From a virus (taxonomy: Duplodnaviria; Caudoviricetes), in the IMG/VR virus record IMGVR_UViG_3300014656_000107, positions 1 through 27,313 of that record: DNA of 27,313 nucleotides; one strand, written 5' to 3'. How positions within the stretch are numbered: the stretch's first letter is position 1; each line of letters starts with the position of its first letter. The notes under the pieces were generated by a model. The model did not search any database. It saw nothing but the letters and a program-made list of their open reading frames with translations, and had not been told where the DNA came from. Positions 23,152-27,313 of the stretch are shown here, one piece after another. A program made the position numbers and the translations under genes.

Positions 23152-26100
23152 TGCCGTTTGATTACGAGTCTTGGAAGAATCGGAACTTGAGTGGCGGTTT
23201 GTCTACTACCATAGACACCACGGGATTTGATTATGAGGAATGGAAAAGGAAGAACTTGGGCGTTTCCAATCTTCTTGCCACCACTCCAACTGCGATACCA
23301 AAGACCAAGAAGATTATGCCTGAAACGGTGGACGCTTACAACTATCCCCCATCTGTGAACAAGGTTTTGAGTGGTCTGGGGCAAGCCGGATTAGGTTTAC
23401 TCAAATCCCTTAGTCCCGCTCATTTAAAAGAAGGTTCTGAGCAAGCCGGGACTGTTCTGGCAAGTGCGTTAGGTGCAGGTGGAGTCGGACAACCCAAAGC
23501 AACGGCAGGGGAAGCTATCGAAACTATACCCGTAGTTGGCGGTGCTTATAGAATAGCCAAAGACCCGTTGAAAGCGGTTCAACCGGAGAATATAGGTCAG
23601 ACATTAGTGGATGCTGCCATAATAGCCGGTGTATCTTTAGGTGCGACGGCTTTGGGTAAAAAGATATTCTTGAAAGCTAAAGCCATTAAGGGTGGAGCAG
23701 ATATTCCATTCACGTCAGAAGAAATAAAGGTTATAGAAAAATATACTGCCAAACCGAAGGTTGAAGCTAAGCCAACTGCTATTGAACCTACCGAACAACC
23801 GTTTACCAGAGCACCAGAGGAGATGAAGCTACCTTTGGCTGAAGAGCCAATTTCAGCACCCGTTAAAGCAAAGAAAATTCCCGTTACCTATTTGGGTGAA
23901 CAAGAGAACTTGCCCGGTAAACCGTCTTTGACGCTGGTTAATGACCCGTCTGGTTCGACTTTGGTTTATGATCCCCAAATACACGAAATGATTAAATCAG
24001 TAAAGGACTTGAAGACAAAGTTGGGTGAAGGTAAAATACCAGCAGAAAGTCCATACGCAGTAGCAGACGTGGTTTCCGGTAAAAGAAAAATAGCACGTAT
24101 CGAAAGGGGTGGTTCTGAGATTTTAGATACAGAATGGTCTGGGATAGAAAAACAATATAGAGAACAGGGATTATATGCAATCCCAAACAAGTTTAAAAAG
24201 ATCGTTGATCCAGAAACGGGACAGTCTGCTATGGCGACAGATGGTTTCTGGGTTTCTAAAGACAAATCCTTGGTTGAGGAAACTGCGATTAAGGCTAATA
24301 AACTTGACCGCAAAAGTCCTACCTATGATGCGGAGTTAGGGCGTTTGCTTGGATACTCTGAAAAAGATATTGCAGCATTTATGGCAAAAAAGGACTTGAA
24401 GGCAAAGGGCGTGCCCTTCGAGGTTCAGGGTAAAACGGGCGAGGGTGCGGGGGGCATAGTCGAGATGTACGCTGGTTTACATCCCAAGACACTTTTGCCT
24501 GGTCTTGAAATTGCAGGTGTAAAAACACGGAAATTTATCAAGAGTGTAAAAAAGCGATACCCTGATCTTACCGATGAACTTGAGGGGCAATATCTTCCCC
24601 GTTCTACGGATCAACTTTCCATTAAAGCAAAAAATCTAATTAAAGACGACATTAACTCTGCGGAGAAACTTGCTCGAACCGGAACGGATGAAAATGCGGT
24701 GGCGGTATCGTCCGAACTTATTAAACATTATTCCGAACTTGCGGATAAAGCTACAACCGCAGGGGAAAAGAATGTTTTCTATGATAAGATGGCGGAGGTT
24801 GCCAATACCATAGCTCCGAAACTTACCAATTCCGGCAGGGCTTCACAGGCGGCTTCGATTCTTGGTAGGATGACACCGGAGGGGCAAATCAGGTTTGCCG
24901 CACAGGAGATCACTCGATACAACGAAGGACTTAAACCGTGGCAGAAAAGAGCTCCAGAACTTACGGGTGAACAAACCGGATACATAAAAACGGAAATGGA
25001 AACCATACAGAAGATGCCACAGAGCGAAGCCAGGGCAATCCGTTTCTGGAACTTACAAAATCACATACAGAAACTTGTACCTTCCCCATTATACAATAAG
25101 ATCGTTACACTTTGGAAGGCTGGACTTTTAACGGGACTTAAAACATCAGGATTGAATGACCTTTCCAATATGTTCCACTTTACGATGGAGCAATTCAAGG
25201 ATATCCCTGCGGTTACTTTAGACAGATTACTTCCTGGTAAGAGAACCACAACCCTGACCATGAAAGGAGTTCCAGGTGGTTTAGTGGGTGGATTCCAAAA
25301 GGGTTGGCGATATTTTAAGACTGGTTTTGATGAAAGAAATATTGCTGCAAAGTTGGATTATCACCAGGTGAACTATGGTGATTCCAAACTTAGCAAGGGG
25401 ATACAATGGTATACGGATCATGTTTTCCGAGGGATGGGGGGACAAGACCAACCTTTTTACTATGGTTCTTTCAATAAATCTCTTTACAGTCAAGCTATCG
25501 CTGAAGCCAAGAATGGGGGATTAAGAGGATTAAAAGCCAAAGAGTTCGTGGAAGGGGTGGTTCGCAAACCTACCGATAAGATGTTAATTGCCGCTGCCAA
25601 TGATGCGGAGATAGCGGTTTTCCAGAATAAAACCAAATTAGGGCAAGCAGGTAGAGCACTTCAAAATGTTCCTCTTGGAGAAGTGGTTGTACCTTTCAGT
25701 CGAACTCCTGCAGCGGTGGCAATGCAGATGGTGAATTATTCCCCGGCTGGGTTTATCAAAACCATGATAGAAAACATTGGGAAAGGAAGATACGATAAAA
25801 GATTATTCGTTCAGGGGATGGGACGGGCAATAACAGGGACAGGGTTACTTTATGTTGGTAGTGAACTTTACAAGAAGGATAAAATCAGTCTTGATTATCC
25901 ACGATCCGAACGAGAAAAGGAAATGTGGCGACTTGAGGGTAGACAACCCAATTCTGTTAAGTTTGGTGGGAAATGGAGGAACGCAAATGTTCTGGGTCCG
26001 GCTGGTCTTGCTTTTTTAGTGGGTGGACATTTTCAAAAAGGTATAGATGAAACCGGAAGTCCGTGGGGCGGGATTTCTCAAGCGATGGGTGGTTCAGCTA

Positions 26101-26789
26101 AATCGCTTACTGAACAAACCTTTTTAAAGGGATTAAATCAGGCTGTTGATGCCCTCAATGATCCGAGCAGATTTACTACCGGATATGCCAGGAGTTTAGC
26201 GGGTTCAACTATCCCGACTATTTCCGGAGACATAGCGAGAGCGACAGATGTAAGTGAAAGGCGGATAGAGGGTCCGTTTCAAGCGATAAAATCGAGGTTG
26301 CCTGGATTGCGGGGAACGCTTGAACCGCAGATTGAACCGTTTGGCAAAGAAAGGGAACGAGGTGGAAGTTTCCTTGAAACCATGATTGACCCCAGCCGAC
26401 CCTCAACAATTAAATCTTCCCCTGCTATTTCCGAATTGAGACGGTTATGGGACAAGGAATACAAAGTAACTCCTACTCAGTTGGGAGACAAGGCTGGTTA
26501 TAAATCTTTGACCCCTCAGCAAAACACGCAGTTATGGGAAGTAACCGGAACAAACATCGAGAAGAATTTGAATTTGATGGTGAGCAACCCCAAGTATAAA
26601 TCTCTTTCCGATGAGGATAAAGCCAAACTTATAAGTGACATGATCAACGATGTTAAATTTGGTGTCAGATTAAGTTTGATTGAATATTTGATTTCAGGAA
26701 TACCGGAAGATCAGAAACTTGAAAAACTTAAAGAATTTAAAGAAAGTGGATTATTAACAAAGCAGATATTTGAGAAACTCAACCCCTAA
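23151..26789 (+). CDS. Large internal virion / DNA-ejection protein, 1212 aa
   Basis: Largest ORF at the end of the virion module; helical C-half with VPFSRTP...NYSP, P.SVKFGGKW, EQTFLKGL, SRLPG motifs seen in large polyvalent ejection proteins. Confidence 0.75.
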   Translation: MPFDYESWKNRNLSGGLSTTIDTTGFDYEEWKRKNLGVSNLLATTPTAIPKTKKIMPETVDAYNYPPSVNKVLSGLGQAGLGLLKSLSPAHLKEGSEQAGTVLASALGAGGVGQPKATAGEAIETIPVVGGAYRIAKDPLKAVQPENIGQTLVDAAIIAGVSLGATALGKKIFLKAKAIKGGADIPFTSEEIKVIEKYTAKPKVEAKPTAIEPTEQPFTRAPEEMKLPLAEEPISAPVKAKKIPVTYLGEQENLPGKPSLTLVNDPSGSTLVYDPQIHEMIKSVKDLKTKLGEGKIPAESPYAVADVVSGKRKIARIERGGSEILDTEWSGIEKQYREQGLYAIPNKFKKIVDPETGQSAMATDGFWVSKDKSLVEETAIKANKLDRKSPTYDAELGRLLGYSEKDIAAFMAKKDLKAKGVPFEVQGKTGEGAGGIVEMYAGLHPKTLLPGLEIAGVKTRKFIKSVKKRYPDLTDELEGQYLPRSTDQLSIKAKNLIKDDINSAEKLARTGTDENAVAVSSELIKHYSELADKATTAGEKNVFYDKMAEVANTIAPKLTNSGRASQAASILGRMTPEGQIRFAAQEITRYNEGLKPWQKRAPELTGEQTGYIKTEMETIQKMPQSEARAIRFWNLQNHIQKLVPSPLYNKIVTLWKAGLLTGLKTSGLNDLSNMFHFTMEQFKDIPAVTLDRLLPGKRTTTLTMKGVPGGLVGGFQKGWRYFKTGFDERNIAAKLDYHQVNYGDSKLSKGIQWYTDHVFRGMGGQDQPFYYGSFNKSLYSQAIAEAKNGGLRGLKAKEFVEGVVRKPTDKMLIAAANDAEIAVFQNKTKLGQAGRALQNVPLGEVVVPFSRTPAAVAMQMVNYSPAGFIKTMIENIGKGRYDKRLFVQGMGRAITGTGLLYVGSELYKKDKISLDYPRSEREKEMWRLEGRQPNSVKFGGKWRNANVLGPAGLAFLVGGHFQKGIDETGSPWGGISQAMGGSAKSLTEQTFLKGLNQAVDALNDPSRFTTGYARSLAGSTIPTISGDIARATDVSERRIEGPFQAIKSRLPGLRGTLEPQIEPFGKERERGGSFLETMIDPSRPSTIKSSPAISELRRLWDKEYKVTPTQLGDKAGYKSLTPQQNTQLWEVTGTNIEKNLNLMVSNPKYKSLSDEDKAKLISDMINDVKFGVRLSLIEYLISGIPEDQKLEKLKEFKESGLLTKQIFEKLNP

Positions 26790-26830
26790 CCAGGGATGCA
26801 CCATTCGATGCACCCCATAGGACGGACAAT

Positions 26831-27037
26831 TTGAGCGAAATCATTCTTGTTGGTGTTTGTGCGGCTTTAGTAGTTTGGCTTATCAAGCTAACCTTATCGG
26901 CAGGCAAACTAAAGAACAACGATATGCACGGGTTAGGTAATAAGATAGGCGAGATGTCGGCTAATTTAGAACAAATAGACAAACGTTTGACTCGCTTGGA
27001 AGAGCGATTTAATGAACACGCAAACAATAAAAAGTAA
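26831..27037 (+). CDS. Single-TM coiled-coil protein (lysis-module, XhlA/holin-like)
   Basis: IILVGVCAALVVWLI helix followed by IDKRLTRLE coil; start codon uncertain. Confidence 0.6.
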   Translation: MSEIILVGVCAALVVWLIKLTLSAGKLKNNDMHGLGNKIGEMSANLEQIDKRLTRLEERFNEHANNKK

Positions 27038-27046
27038 GGAGGTTTT

Positions 27047-27244
27047 ATGAGTGCATTAAAGGGTTATCGCAAGCTCATAATCGGACTTGCCACAATTGCT
27101 GCGGGTGTGGCTCTTTGTGCTTCTGGCGACAATGAAAAAGGGTGGAAGCTGATCGAGGTTGGGCTTGCCATTGTTATAGGTGGAAACATAATTGACAAGG
27201 TAATAGAAGTAAAAAACAATAAAAACGGAGGGGATATAAAATGA
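27047..27244 (+). CDS. Putative holin, two TM segments
   Basis: AAGGAGG SD; KGYRK + hydrophobic helix, second helix ending GNIIDK, charged C-terminus. Confidence 0.7.
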   Translation: MSALKGYRKLIIGLATIAAGVALCASGDNEKGWKLIEVGLAIVIGGNIIDKVIEVKNNKNGGDIK

Positions 27245-27313
27245 CTTTCGTAAACCTTACCATCAAAAAGGAAGGGCTTGCCAAGTTGCGGAACTGGGTA
27301 AAGGAAAAGCTGA
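27241..27313 (+). CDS. Partial CDS running off the window (MTFVNLTIKKEGLAKLRNWVKEKL...)
   Basis: GGAGGG SD, ATGA overlap, no stop before the edge. Confidence 0.5.
   Translation, partial: MTFVNLTIKKEGLAKLRNWVKEKL

Larger units (their letters stand above)
1..27313. mobile_element. Tailed dsDNA phage genome segment, podovirus-like morphogenesis module plus divergent early arm
   Basis: Ordered TerS-TerL-portal-scaffold-MCP-adaptor-nozzle-internal proteins-holin; no tape measure, sheath or host housekeeping genes; small divergent genes with HNH and YopX. Confidence 0.96.

Noticed and set aside
23151-26789. Tape measure protein or virion RNA polymerase
   Set aside because: No tail tube or chaperone genes, no periodic TMP repeats and no DxDGD or T7-type polymerase motifs seen
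7269-27027. Numerous minus-strand and alternate-frame ORFs inside structural genes
   Set aside because: Shadow ORFs without recognisable motifs or SD support
1-27313. Stop-codon reassignment
   Set aside because: Core genes are full length in code 11, and TAA, TAG and TGA all end genes with tight packing
1-27313. Prophage boundary, integrase, reverse transcriptase or diversity-generating retroelement
   Set aside because: No recombinase or RT motifs, no host genes and no adenine-variable repeat pair found

Overview
The whole window is a segment of a tailed dsDNA phage with short-tailed (podovirus-like) architecture, read with standard code 11. It has two divergent arms separated by a structured non-coding region (about 5190-5940). 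The minus-strand left arm carries small early/accessory genes: YopX-like, DUF6573-like, a duplicated EWDGIELRW protein, a zinc-ribbon microprotein and two HNH endonucleases. One HNH has apparently split a resident gene and supplied a recoded replacement 5' end. Two 5' leaders in this arm share a long stem whose loop pairs with an upstream site. The plus-strand right arm runs GroES-like co-chaperonin, TerS, TerL, portal, scaffold, N4-gp56-like major capsid protein, a glycosyltransferase/methyltransferase cassette, two head-tail adaptors, tail nozzle, four probable internal/ejection proteins and holin-like genes. The most unusual signal is that two tail structural proteins begin with Sec-type signal peptides. 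No tRNA, rRNA, CRISPR array, integrase or endolysin was seen. All product calls come from motif recognition and synteny only, with no database search.
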